A stretch of DNA of 32,000 nucleotides, taken from positions 330,001 to 362,000 of the forward strand of contig NC_010296.1 of the NCBI RefSeq assembly GCF_000010625.1, in the 5' to 3' direction. Source of the DNA: Microcystis aeruginosa NIES-843. Its GTDB lineage: Bacteria > Cyanobacteriota > Cyanobacteriia > Cyanobacteriales > Microcystaceae. Shown here piece after piece: positions 13,247 to 23,345 of this stretch. The notes under the pieces are model-generated. The model was not told where the DNA came from and searched no databases. It worked only from the letters and a program-made list of their open reading frames with translations. Position numbers and translations under genes: made by a program. The stretch's first letter is position 1, and each line of letters opens with the position of its first letter.

Positions 13247-14494
13247 TTAATCCTCCTGAGTTGTTGCGCTGGTTTGATAGTAGTATGTTAGCCATGGTTC
13301 TATTGCCTTACTAATAACTTCTCTATCGTGAGACTGGGAAGGAATATGCAGGTTTTCGCTGGCCCAGGGTAAAAACTTTTTAGCGAGGTGACGATAAACT
13401 TTATCCAGTTCCCTAGAAACCTGATATTGTTTGATAACCACCGTGGTAATTTCTGTAATCTTAGCGGCAATTGCCACTTGTCCCAACCCGGAACCATAAG
13501 TCATCTCTAGAATTAACTGAATTTGCGGATGCAGTTTTGCCTGTTGCGGCTGCTGACAAATCTGTTCAATTTCTGCCCCTAACCAAGCTAGAATTTTTTG
13601 GTGGTTTTGTTGCGAATCGAGAAAATTTTCCGCCGCTTCTAATTGCTGCCAAGGGTTATTATGGAGAGTATCTTCGATCATTTCTTCCCTCGTGCTACTT
13701 TCCCCATCCCCGAAAGGTTGCTGTAGAGAAATTGTTTTTCCTTGGGGAAATAAATAATCAGAAATAGCTTGTCCCGCATCCTTTAACCATCGGGTAATTG
13801 TCGCAGAACTGATTTTGATGGTAGAGTGGCTATCCGAGTTATAAGCAGCGGCGATTTTTTGCCAGATTTCTGGACTAGGTTCCTGAATTTTACCATCGGT
13901 TTTGATTTTTGCCTGGGCATAAATTTCTTTATAGTAATCCCAAGCTAAAAGGTAATTTTCGAGAGTTTCTCCCACTAATCCCCTCGCCAGGAGAGCTTGG
14001 CTGAGACGCGCTCCGGTAGAATTAAGTAGTAGGCTCCAAGTATTATGGCCGAATGCTTGACTAATCTGACGGATGCGATCGATTAAGCGATATTTAATCC
14101 TCTGAGTGGCAAAATTATCGAAGCGAGTAGAGAATAAAGGCTTAAAGTCAGCTAAGATAGCCTCAAAACCAAGAATTCCTTCGTTAAAGTAGTCTTCGAT
14201 CTGATAATCCAGTTTAGCTTGATATTTTTGATAGATTTCGGCAGCAGCCCAGTAGCAAGGTTCCTGTAAATAAGCGTATAAATGCCCACGAAAAAGATGA
14301 TTTTTGGAACCGTGATTCTGATACTGTTGGTGAAAGAATAGGGACCAATAATCCTCGGACTCGACATTAGGATCGATTGGGCCATAGCTTTCCATGTTAC
14401 GACGCAAACGCCGATCGCAATTCCATTCTGTCCTATTTTGTCGCAAAACTAAAAAGCAACAAAACTTCTCCAGCAAAGTCTCTCGTTTTTTCAT
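13247..14494 (-). CDS. Divergent sigma-70-family-like protein
   Basis: 415 aa. The region-2-like segment is DYFNEGILGFEAILADFKPLFSTRFDNFATQRIKYRLIDRIRQ (residues ~100-143). The region-4-like HTH segment is LILEMTYGSGLGQVAIAAKITEITTVVIKQYQVSRELDKVYRHLAKKF (~327-374). Confidence 0.6.
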   Translation of the reverse strand: MKKRETLLEKFCCFLVLRQNRTEWNCDRRLRRNMESYGPIDPNVESEDYWSLFFHQQYQNHGSKNHLFRGHLYAYLQEPCYWAAAEIYQKYQAKLDYQIEDYFNEGILGFEAILADFKPLFSTRFDNFATQRIKYRLIDRIRQISQAFGHNTWSLLLNSTGARLSQALLARGLVGETLENYLLAWDYYKEIYAQAKIKTDGKIQEPSPEIWQKIAAAYNSDSHSTIKISSATITRWLKDAGQAISDYLFPQGKTISLQQPFGDGESSTREEMIEDTLHNNPWQQLEAAENFLDSQQNHQKILAWLGAEIEQICQQPQQAKLHPQIQLILEMTYGSGLGQVAIAAKITEITTVVIKQYQVSRELDKVYRHLAKKFLPWASENLHIPSQSHDREVISKAIEPWLTYYYQTSATTQED

Positions 14495-14767
14495 CTAGCT
14501 ACTCCCCGTGGAGGTCAACTAAACTCTCTATCGTTCCACTTGCAGCTTTTATGCAGTATTTTGGCATTTTGTTACAAATTGATCATACTCGGTCTAGGAG
14601 AGTCACATTGACATACTCCCCCACCCCCAACAGCTAACCCCCAGGGAGGACTACGAGGGGCATCTTTTAAAAAAAACCTGTCCAGTGTTCCTGAGAAACG
14701 TTAACATAAGTTAACAACCCCTTGACAACCGATAAAATCATCCTCAATTTATCAGGAGTTCGACAGC

Positions 14768-16621
<1,854 letters not shown>

Positions 16622-16646
16622 GTTTTGTAACATTTTCTTGACAAAC

Positions 16647-16674
16647 AGCATCCATCAGGGTGCTGTTTTTTTTG
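16647..16674 (+). terminator. Intrinsic terminator of ftsH
   Basis: The stem cagcatcc / gggtgctg has 8 bp with one G-U pair. The loop is atca, and eight T residues follow, 26 nt after the stop codon. Confidence 0.8.
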
Positions 16675-16721
16675 ATAGCTGTTAATCGGGTGCATCTCAA
16701 TTTTTGTCAATCCCACACAGA

Positions 16722-16752
16722 GAAAACGGGTTTCTCGGAGAAACCCGTTTTC
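16722..16752 (+). repeat. Second copy of the palindromic hairpin element
   Basis: gaaaacgggtttctcggagaaacccgttttc followed by tact is identical to the minus-strand reading of 9596-9626, including flanking bases (cacagagaaaacggg vs gcacagaaaacggg). Confidence 0.85.
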
Positions 16753-16797
16753 TACTCATGTAATTTCGGATTTTTAAGCGGAAACTTTCTCCTAAAG

Positions 16798-16853
16798 TTG
16801 ATTCAAGGTAGGGTTGATTCAAGGTAGGGTTGATTCATGAATCAACCCTACCC
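16798..16853. repeat. 16-bp tandem repeat running into a spacer-less perfect palindrome that resembles abutted IS terminal repeats
   Basis: ttgattcaaggtaggg occurs twice (16798-16829). It is followed by ttgattca|tgaatcaaccctaccc, so the palindrome is ggtagggttgattca/tgaatcaaccctacc. The arm matches the ISAs1 IR at 911-928 in about 14 of 17 positions. Confidence 0.7.
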
Positions 16854-17007
16854 AAACCCCGAAGCGCATTAGTTTTTCGGTGGGATGATTACAGATAGCT
16901 GCTGATATATCTGTAATAATTTAAGAGTCACTGATAATTAATGTGGGATGTACCCCTGTTAATCAGCTTCACAATACCCAGTTTAAATGCGTCTTAAGTA
17001 GGGAGGC

Positions 17008-17083
17008 ACAATTATTTGTAGGATGGGTTAGCGGTAGCGCAACATGAGCGGACGTTGGGTTTCATGCTTCAACCCAACCTACG
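17008..17083. repeat. REP-like repeat of the gttgggtttc...caacccaacctacg type
   Basis: gtaggatgggttagcggtagcgcaacatgagcggacgttgggtttcatgcttcaacccaacctacg contains the hairpin gttgggtt/aacccaac seen in the island modules. Confidence 0.6.
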
Positions 17084-17168
17084 TTGATCTTATATTTAAT
17101 TCCACCCACCCACTTAGCTTAACAGTCCTGTCTTTTCACTGTTCACTGATTACTGTCATGTAGCATTG

Positions 17169-18116
17169 ATGACTACTTCCTCTTTACCTATTTTAATTGT
17201 TATTTGTGGGGCAACTGCCACAGGAAAATCCAGTTTAGCCCTACAATTGGCCGAAAAGTTTAATTCAGTAATTCTCAGTGCCGATTCCCGACAAATCTAT
17301 CGAGAATTTAATATTGGTACTGCTAAACCTAGCTTAGAAGAATGTCAGCGGATTCCCCATTATCTAATTGATATTTGTGATCCTCAAGATAATTTTACCC
17401 TAGCACAGTACCAAGAACAAGCTGAGGATTTAATCAACAATCTCCACTATTCTCCCCTGTTTTTGGTCGGTGGTACGGGACTTTATATCAAGTCCATTGT
17501 CAAAGGTTTAAAAATACCGAGGGTTTCTCCTCAAGCGGATTTAAGACGGCAATTACAAGCTTTAGGGCAATCCTATCTTTATCAAATTCTGACGCAGGTA
17601 GATGAGGAGGCTGCTAAAAAAATTCATCCCCATGATCAGGTCAGGACTTTACGCGCTTTAGAGGTTTTTTATCTGACAGGAAAACCTATCTCTAGTCAGC
17701 AGGGAGAAAATCCTCCCACTTATCCGATTTTACAAATTGGTTTAGATTGTTCCCCAGAAAGTTTAGGCAAGCGGATCACTGTTCGTACTGATCAAATGAT
17801 CGCCAGGGGATTAGTAGCAGAGGTGCAGAATTTGGGGGATAAATACGGTTGGGATTTGCCACTTTTGCAGACTTTGGGTTATGCAGAGATTAAGCAATAT
17901 CTGCTCGGGGAAATTTCTTTAGAACAGGCGATCGATCTAATTATCCTCCACACCCGTCAATTTGCCAAACGTCAGCGCACTTGGTTTCGTGCCGATGCTG
18001 ATATTATCTGGTTTCCCGTCGATAAAGAAAATTTATTGGAATCGGTGGAACGAGAAATTATTTTGTTTCTTGAGGGGTTGTCAAGGCCCGATATAAAAAC
18101 ACATCATCCTGATTAA
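17169..18116 (+). CDS. miaA: tRNA dimethylallyltransferase MiaA
   Basis: P-loop CGATATGKS, followed by SADSRQIYREFNIGTAKPS and FAKRQRTWFR. The ATG is at 17169; the track starts at TTG 17166. Confidence 0.95.
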   Translation: MTTSSLPILIVICGATATGKSSLALQLAEKFNSVILSADSRQIYREFNIGTAKPSLEECQRIPHYLIDICDPQDNFTLAQYQEQAEDLINNLHYSPLFLVGGTGLYIKSIVKGLKIPRVSPQADLRRQLQALGQSYLYQILTQVDEEAAKKIHPHDQVRTLRALEVFYLTGKPISSQQGENPPTYPILQIGLDCSPESLGKRITVRTDQMIARGLVAEVQNLGDKYGWDLPLLQTLGYAEIKQYLLGEISLEQAIDLIILHTRQFAKRQRTWFRADADIIWFPVDKENLLESVEREIILFLEGLSRPDIKTHHPD

Positions 18117-19464
18117 CGATTAACTGAAAGTTGTCATTTTGATTCAGTTTATTTAAGTGATCATCAATTAGTTCTGATGAACTAGACCAACCGGGATGAC
18201 GGCGATCGAGTAGGATATAATTAAATTGATTTAAATCTAGGGATTGGGAACCTTCGATCGCTAATTTGATCATTTCTCGATGGGTAAGATGGGGGGCAAT
18301 TCTAGAAGTAGTCAAGACACTCTCACTGGTGGTAATTTGGGTGAGAGCTTTTTGGGTGGCGGACCAAGTATCGAGGGAATTTAAATACAGTGACCAAAAA
18401 TAGCCGTATTTAGCTAAGGCAAAAAAGGCAATAATTGCCCAAGTAATTATCCATTTAGGCTGCTTCAACCAGCTGCTATTATGGGCTAAAGTGGCGATAA
18501 CCGCTAGAAATAAAAAGGGCAAAATTGGCAGGGAATATTGAGTGGTTAAGTTTTTTTGTGGGGCATGATCTGCTAATAAATTTAAAGCGAGTGCGGGAAT
18601 AGCGGCAATTATTGGGGCAGAATAGCGCCAGGATAAACCCCAAACTAAGGGAATAATTAATAGGATTAGGTATTCTAGATTGTTGCCAGTAAAGATTTTT
18701 CCTAAGACAAGATCGGGTTTGAGGAAAAGATTAAAGATAATTGCTGGTAAACTATCTCCTAGATAACTATATCGAGAATCGGCCATTTCAATAACTGCTG
18801 ATTTTCCTGTCAGTAGAGGGATTAATAATTTCGTGGCGATAATAAACCAAAGAATGCCGGTAATAATAGCAATTATTCCCGAGATTTTTTTCTTTTCCCA
18901 GAGAAGTAACCAGATACCCATTCCCAACAATGTTAAAGAGAGAATTGCTTTACAACCGAGAATAATAATGATTCCTAGACAAAATCCCCAGAGATTATTT
19001 AATCTTGCGGCCAAAATTGTCCAAAAAATTGCTGGAACTGCGATAACTTCAGGATGAAAATCAAAGAGATTAACATTAAAAATTAGGGGATAGAGCAGAT
19101 AAACTAAGGCTAATGTATAAGCTTGTTTTTCTTTTAATCCCGCTTGTATTGCCAATTGCCAGAGGGGAAAAGCACCAAGAGAAAGGGAAAAAGCTTGTAA
19201 GAAAAGCAGCCAATAAACGCTAGGATAAATTTTATAAAGTAAGGCTATAGGATAGAGGATAAAAGCGATATGATCGCCTAAAATATGGTAGTCCACAAAA
19301 GATATAATCGGTGGTTTACCTTGAGAAATTAGGTAAACTCCTTGATCGAACCAACCAAGATCGAGAGCGTTAGATTGAAATAAAATATGTCTGATGCTGC
19401 TGCAAATAAACAGGATTATTGTGCCGCAAATAACTAACCAAAATAAATAATTTTTTTTGTGCAT
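18058..19464 (-). CDS. Polytopic membrane protein, DUF2079-like (GT-C-like fold suspected)
   Basis: 468 aa with more than 10 hydrophobic helices. The N-terminal ALDLGWFDQGVYLISQGKPPI...HILGDHIAFILYPIALLY resembles the DUF2079 pattern. Confidence 0.55.
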   Translation of the reverse strand: MHKKNYLFWLVICGTIILFICSSIRHILFQSNALDLGWFDQGVYLISQGKPPIISFVDYHILGDHIAFILYPIALLYKIYPSVYWLLFLQAFSLSLGAFPLWQLAIQAGLKEKQAYTLALVYLLYPLIFNVNLFDFHPEVIAVPAIFWTILAARLNNLWGFCLGIIIILGCKAILSLTLLGMGIWLLLWEKKKISGIIAIITGILWFIIATKLLIPLLTGKSAVIEMADSRYSYLGDSLPAIIFNLFLKPDLVLGKIFTGNNLEYLILLIIPLVWGLSWRYSAPIIAAIPALALNLLADHAPQKNLTTQYSLPILPFLFLAVIATLAHNSSWLKQPKWIITWAIIAFFALAKYGYFWSLYLNSLDTWSATQKALTQITTSESVLTTSRIAPHLTHREMIKLAIEGSQSLDLNQFNYILLDRRHPGWSSSSELIDDHLNKLNQNDNFQLIVNQDDVFLYRALTTPQETK

Positions 19465-19476
19465 AATTATAAAGTT

Positions 19477-20334
19477 TTACCTGGATTCTTCGGGATTATT
19501 ACGACAATACTGCCAGGTATGTATAAAATAAGAAGCAACTTCAGTAAACCATGTTTTAAAAATATTTCTGTTCTCACTGGTGACGATAACCCCATTAATA
19601 AACTCTTGCCATTGGGGATCATTAGCGGGAAGAATAAAACCATAATAATCACAATTTAAAGGATTGCGCGGGATAAGTTGATAATCTTTTTCTAAGGATA
19701 AACCGAGAATGACAGCTTCTCCAATTAGCAGAATACCATCACTAGCAAAAGCATCTATTCCATTCCTTCTTAAACTTTGGATACCTCGCAGTCTTCCCGT
19801 CACTCCTTGAAATTCTTGATAGGTAGCAAGAGGATATTTTTGTCTTAATAATTCTTGAGTGCTGGTATCTCGCAAAACTCCAATACTTATACCTTCTAAG
19901 GACGAGGAAAAGTTAAAATTATTCTGATTATCACTCCGAACTAAAAACTGAGTTCCCGTCACAAAAAAAGGACGAGAAAAACTGACAGCATTGGGTATAT
20001 TTTTTCTGATACTATTAGGACCACACTCGAAATCAACGGTTTTATTTTCCAATAACTGGAAGCGATTAAATAAAGTTGATTTATAAATTTTGACACTGAT
20101 GATCCGGAGGTTTAATTTATGCTTGAGTTCCCCTCTGAGCAATTGGATAAAATCTAAGCATAATCCCTGCAAATTATTATTACTATCTCGATAGCCAAAA
20201 GGAATGGCATCTTCTCTCATCGCTACTTCTAATAATCCCGTGCGTTTAATTTTTTCTAGCACTGTTTCAGACTTAGCGGGGAGAGCAGCAAAAACATTAG
20301 ATAAAATAACGAGAGTAAGAATGATTAATTTCAT
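19477..20334 (-). CDS. Family-3 (amino-acid type) ABC transporter substrate-binding protein
   Basis: A signal peptide is followed by LEKIKRTGLLEVAMREDAIPFGYRDSNNNLQGLCLDF, the typical SBP_bac_3 N-terminus. Confidence 0.75.
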   Translation of the reverse strand: MKLIILTLVILSNVFAALPAKSETVLEKIKRTGLLEVAMREDAIPFGYRDSNNNLQGLCLDFIQLLRGELKHKLNLRIISVKIYKSTLFNRFQLLENKTVDFECGPNSIRKNIPNAVSFSRPFFVTGTQFLVRSDNQNNFNFSSSLEGISIGVLRDTSTQELLRQKYPLATYQEFQGVTGRLRGIQSLRRNGIDAFASDGILLIGEAVILGLSLEKDYQLIPRNPLNCDYYGFILPANDPQWQEFINGVIVTSENRNIFKTWFTEVASYFIHTWQYCRNNPEESR

Positions 20335-20352
20335 GACTTTTGCCGAGATTAT

Positions 20353-21390
20353 TTAAGATTTGTTATGGCCGTGATCCCATTTATCTAAAATGTCTTTGAA
20401 TAATAATTCATCTAACCATGTTTTTACTACCACTGTCAAAGGTAAAGCCAATAATAAACCTAAGATGCCAAACATTTGAGCAAAGAAAATTTGAGCAATT
20501 AGGGTAATTGCCGGTAGTAAAGATACCTGTTTAGCCATGACAGTGGGTGTCAGCCAATAACTTTCGACATTTTGGATAATAAAATAGAGAATCAGAATAG
20601 CGACAATTTTCCAAGGTGCATCGATAACAGCAATTAGAATGGGAAAAATCACACTAGCAGTCGGTCCGATATTAGGGATAAAATTGAGCAATCCTGCTAG
20701 GATAGCATGAACGAGAACTAGATTAATTTGTAGAAGCCAAAGACCGAAACCACTGAATAATCCTACCATAGTTGAACTAATGGCAATTCCCAACAACCAA
20801 TTACCTAAACCCGCTTCCGATAGGGTCAGAATTTCCTCGGCACGACGACGATAGAAGTTAGGAAATAATTTTAAGAAAGCTTGTCGATAGGGTTGGGGGT
20901 TGGCTAACATCATCATTGCTAACACCAGCACGAATAATAATTGCAAAATTGCCGCAACTGAGTTAGAAAAGAAGGTAAAAAAGTTACTAAAAACAAAGGT
21001 TCCTAAAGGTTGTAACTGCTGGAATAAATCAGTTAAATTAGGCAGCGATGGCAACCAATCAAATTGAAATTGTTGTCGCCATTGAATCGAGTTATTGCGG
21101 ACTAAATCCCAAGCTTGCGGTAAAAGTTCAATTAATTTTTGAAACTGTTCGATAAAGGGGGGAACAATAATTATAAAAAATAAAATCACAATTGCTAGAC
21201 TCGTCAGCAGGGTAATTAAAATAGCCAAACCCCTTTTAATACCCAATCTCTGCAATCCTTTCACACATCTATTTAAGGCTACGGTAAACACGATCGCCAT
21301 AAAAATCAATAATAACAGCTGTCGAATCTGCCACAATACATAGAGAGCCATTATTAAACAGATAAACCCCAACCACTGACCAAATTTCAC
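20353..21390 (-). CDS. AI-2E family transporter (PerM/UPF0118)
   Basis: 345 aa and polytopic. It carries the conserved LNFIPNIGPT motif and a VVVKTWLDELL C-terminus. Confidence 0.85.
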   Translation of the reverse strand: MKFGQWLGFICLIMALYVLWQIRQLLLLIFMAIVFTVALNRCVKGLQRLGIKRGLAILITLLTSLAIVILFFIIIVPPFIEQFQKLIELLPQAWDLVRNNSIQWRQQFQFDWLPSLPNLTDLFQQLQPLGTFVFSNFFTFFSNSVAAILQLLFVLVLAMMMLANPQPYRQAFLKLFPNFYRRRAEEILTLSEAGLGNWLLGIAISSTMVGLFSGFGLWLLQINLVLVHAILAGLLNFIPNIGPTASVIFPILIAVIDAPWKIVAILILYFIIQNVESYWLTPTVMAKQVSLLPAITLIAQIFFAQMFGILGLLLALPLTVVVKTWLDELLFKDILDKWDHGHNKS

Positions 21391-21450
21391 GACCTTTATT
21401 TATCCTATCGGGACAAGTTTTATCATACAGCAGTCGGTCCTCAGCTTTTT

Positions 21451-21483
21451 CAGTTATCAGTGATCAGTTACCAGTTATCAGTG
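21451..21483. repeat. Heptamer tandem repeat (STRR-like)
   Basis: cagttatcagtgatcagttaccagttatcagtg. A complementary-orientation array lies at 21727-21760 (cactgattactgtttactgttcactgataactga). Confidence 0.8.
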
Positions 21484-22029
21484 GGACTCTGGTTCTTCGT
21501 TACTCGGGATGGTTCCATCGGGTAGCATAAATCGACTAAATCCTTATCTGGCAAGAGACTTAATTGATTAGTTCGTTCTAGAGCAAAAACAACTGACAAA
21601 AATCGCTAAATGTTTTTCTCCATAAGGGTTTCATTCCTTATAACCCCGTCCATTGCATAACACAAACCGAAGAACCTAGAGTGTTAAGTGAGCAGTATAT
21701 GGATGACAACAACAGTGCTGTCTTTTCACTGATTACTGTTTACTGTTCACTGATAACTGACCAAATCTCCCCACTTCCTCACTTCCCCAACAGCATAAAT
21801 CAAGTTTTGTATCAAAAATTTGCTAATTTTGCTGTTATGTGCTATACAATTACGCCACAAAACAGGATAGAAAAACGAGATTTTCTTAATTACCAGACAT
21901 TTTCTCAAATTTTATGGCAACTCTCCCAGAGTCAAATTATCCTGAAAGAAATCCTCTCCTAGAAAATCCGACAAGACTCAGAGAAATTGTAGCCATTAAT
22001 GCTTTTATCCTTGTATTAGGACTTCGATA

Positions 22030-22827
22030 ATGAAAGAATTGGAGCGATACTATAAAGTTTTAGGGTTAGATCATGGGGCATCTCTCGACGAGATCAATCA
22101 AGCCTACAAAGATTTGGTGTTTATTTGGCATCCCGATCGCATTCCCAAAGATAATCAGCGTCTTTTGGAAAAAGCCACCGCTAAACTGCAAGAAATTAAC
22201 CACGCTAGGGAACAATTGCGGCAAATTCATCAAAATTCTCCTAAACGCTCCAATTACCCCCCTAAAACTGAAAAACAGCCCGCCCACGCCTATAAAACTG
22301 CGTCCCCCTATCAGCCTCACCCTAGCCAACCCGGCCAAAATTCCCAAACCCACAGCCATAAAACCCACAGTCAACAAACCCACAGTCAACAAACCCACAG
22401 TCAACACAGCCACTCCCAGAATAACCATCAGGTCCACAATCATGCCGCCTGGCGCCCTCACTATCGGGATTTAAACGGAGCCGATTTACAGGGAGCTAAC
22501 CTGAAGGAAAAAGATTTCTCTAGTCGCAGTCTCATCGGGGCAGATTTAAGCCATGCCGACTTAAGCGATAGCTTCCTGCACAAAGTTAACCTAGAAAAGG
22601 CTAATCTGTACAAGGCTAATCTTTTTCGCGCCAATCTCCTCGAAGCTAACCTTAAAGGCGCAAATTTACAGGAAGCCAATCTCATCGGGGCGGATTTAAG
22701 CGGGGCAGATCTGTCGGCGGCGGATTTACGCGGGGCAAAAATTGGCTTTGGTAAGCGTATTATGGTGAAATTAACTGGAGCAATTTTAACGGGAACAATT
22801 CTCCCCGATGGTTCGATTCATCAATGA
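22030..22827 (+). CDS. J-domain protein with an H/S/Q-rich linker and a C-terminal pentapeptide-repeat domain
   Basis: J domain: YYKVLGLDHGASLDEINQAYKDLVFIWHPDR, with the HPD motif. Linker: THSQQTHSQQTHSQHSHSQ, encoded by a 15-bp x3 tandem repeat at about 22362-22409. Pentapeptide repeats (ADLSGADLSAADLRGAKI etc.) follow. Confidence 0.85.
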   Translation: MKELERYYKVLGLDHGASLDEINQAYKDLVFIWHPDRIPKDNQRLLEKATAKLQEINHAREQLRQIHQNSPKRSNYPPKTEKQPAHAYKTASPYQPHPSQPGQNSQTHSHKTHSQQTHSQQTHSQHSHSQNNHQVHNHAAWRPHYRDLNGADLQGANLKEKDFSSRSLIGADLSHADLSDSFLHKVNLEKANLYKANLFRANLLEANLKGANLQEANLIGADLSGADLSAADLRGAKIGFGKRIMVKLTGAILTGTILPDGSIHQ

Positions 22828-22875
22828 ATAACCTCCTGCTAATTTTGATATTTTTTTAATAGGAACTATCACCTG

Positions 22876-23328
22876 ATGGGCATTTATTACACAATCGCTG
22901 CTGTTTTTCTAGGGATGCAATTAGCTGGAGGAGAAAATTTATCGGCAGCGAATTCTGATTTTTTACTGCTGCAAAAAGCTCTAGAAAAACACAATTTTAT
23001 CGTTAAAATTTCCCCGCCACCAGTGCGAGGAGCCTACGGGTTATTTGATAGTAAAACTAGAATTATTTGGATTCATCCCCTAGTTTTTGACTTAGGTATT
23101 GCCCGACCAACATTAATTCATGAAGCTGTCCATGCCGCTCAACTTTGTCATGGAGGCAAAACAGTTAAAGCTCTTAATTTAGCCATAGAACCACCGGCAA
23201 TGACCAGAAGATTTTTTATGAATTATCAGGGTTTTAGCAGACAAATTGAAGCCGAAGCCTATACTGTTCAAGTTCAGCCCGATGGTCTAGATTTAGTGAT
23301 TTCTTTACTACAAAAATATTGTCCTTAG
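22876..23328 (+). CDS. Hypothetical small protein with an N-terminal hydrophobic segment and an HExxH motif
   Basis: 150 aa. The motif LIHEAVHAAQLCHGG may be a zinc-metallopeptidase-like site. No family was recognised. Confidence 0.4.
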   Translation: MGIYYTIAAVFLGMQLAGGENLSAANSDFLLLQKALEKHNFIVKISPPPVRGAYGLFDSKTRIIWIHPLVFDLGIARPTLIHEAVHAAQLCHGGKTVKALNLAIEPPAMTRRFFMNYQGFSRQIEAEAYTVQVQPDGLDLVISLLQKYCP

Positions 23329-23345
23329 AAAACCTGTCGATAAAT

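Noticed and set aside
12117-13295. The 49-bp overlap between the sigma-like gene and the DUF1822 ORF, as drawn in the track
   Set aside because: The overlap disappears if the DUF1822 gene starts at ATG 13244. That ATG has a GGAGGA at ideal spacing and lies 2 nt after the upstream stop. The longer form adds an unsupported 17-residue leader.
11137-13767. Small plus-strand ORFs inside the operon (11137-11355, 11644-11868, 11995-12204, 12409-12597, 13471-13767), plus 13300-13497(-) and 14152-14385(-)
   Set aside because: All are embedded in or antisense to the long, motif-supported minus-strand genes. None has recognisable features.
14722-14760. TTGACA at 14722-14727 as a -35 box for ftsH
   Set aside because: No acceptable -10 hexamer lies at 16-18 bp spacing. 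The best candidate is caattt, and the implied start site would fall inside the ftsH ribosome-binding site. I do not report it as a promoter.
21681-21962. 93-aa ORF upstream of the J-domain gene
   Set aside because: Its first third is encoded by a heptamer repeat array (21727-21760). It starts at GTG, has no RBS and has no recognisable motifs. It is probably non-coding spacer.
22066-22685. ORFs 22066-22461(-), 22073-22474(+) and 22461-22685(-)
   Set aside because: These are alternative frames or strands of the low-complexity and pentapeptide-repeat region of the J-domain protein. They are artefacts of repetitive composition.
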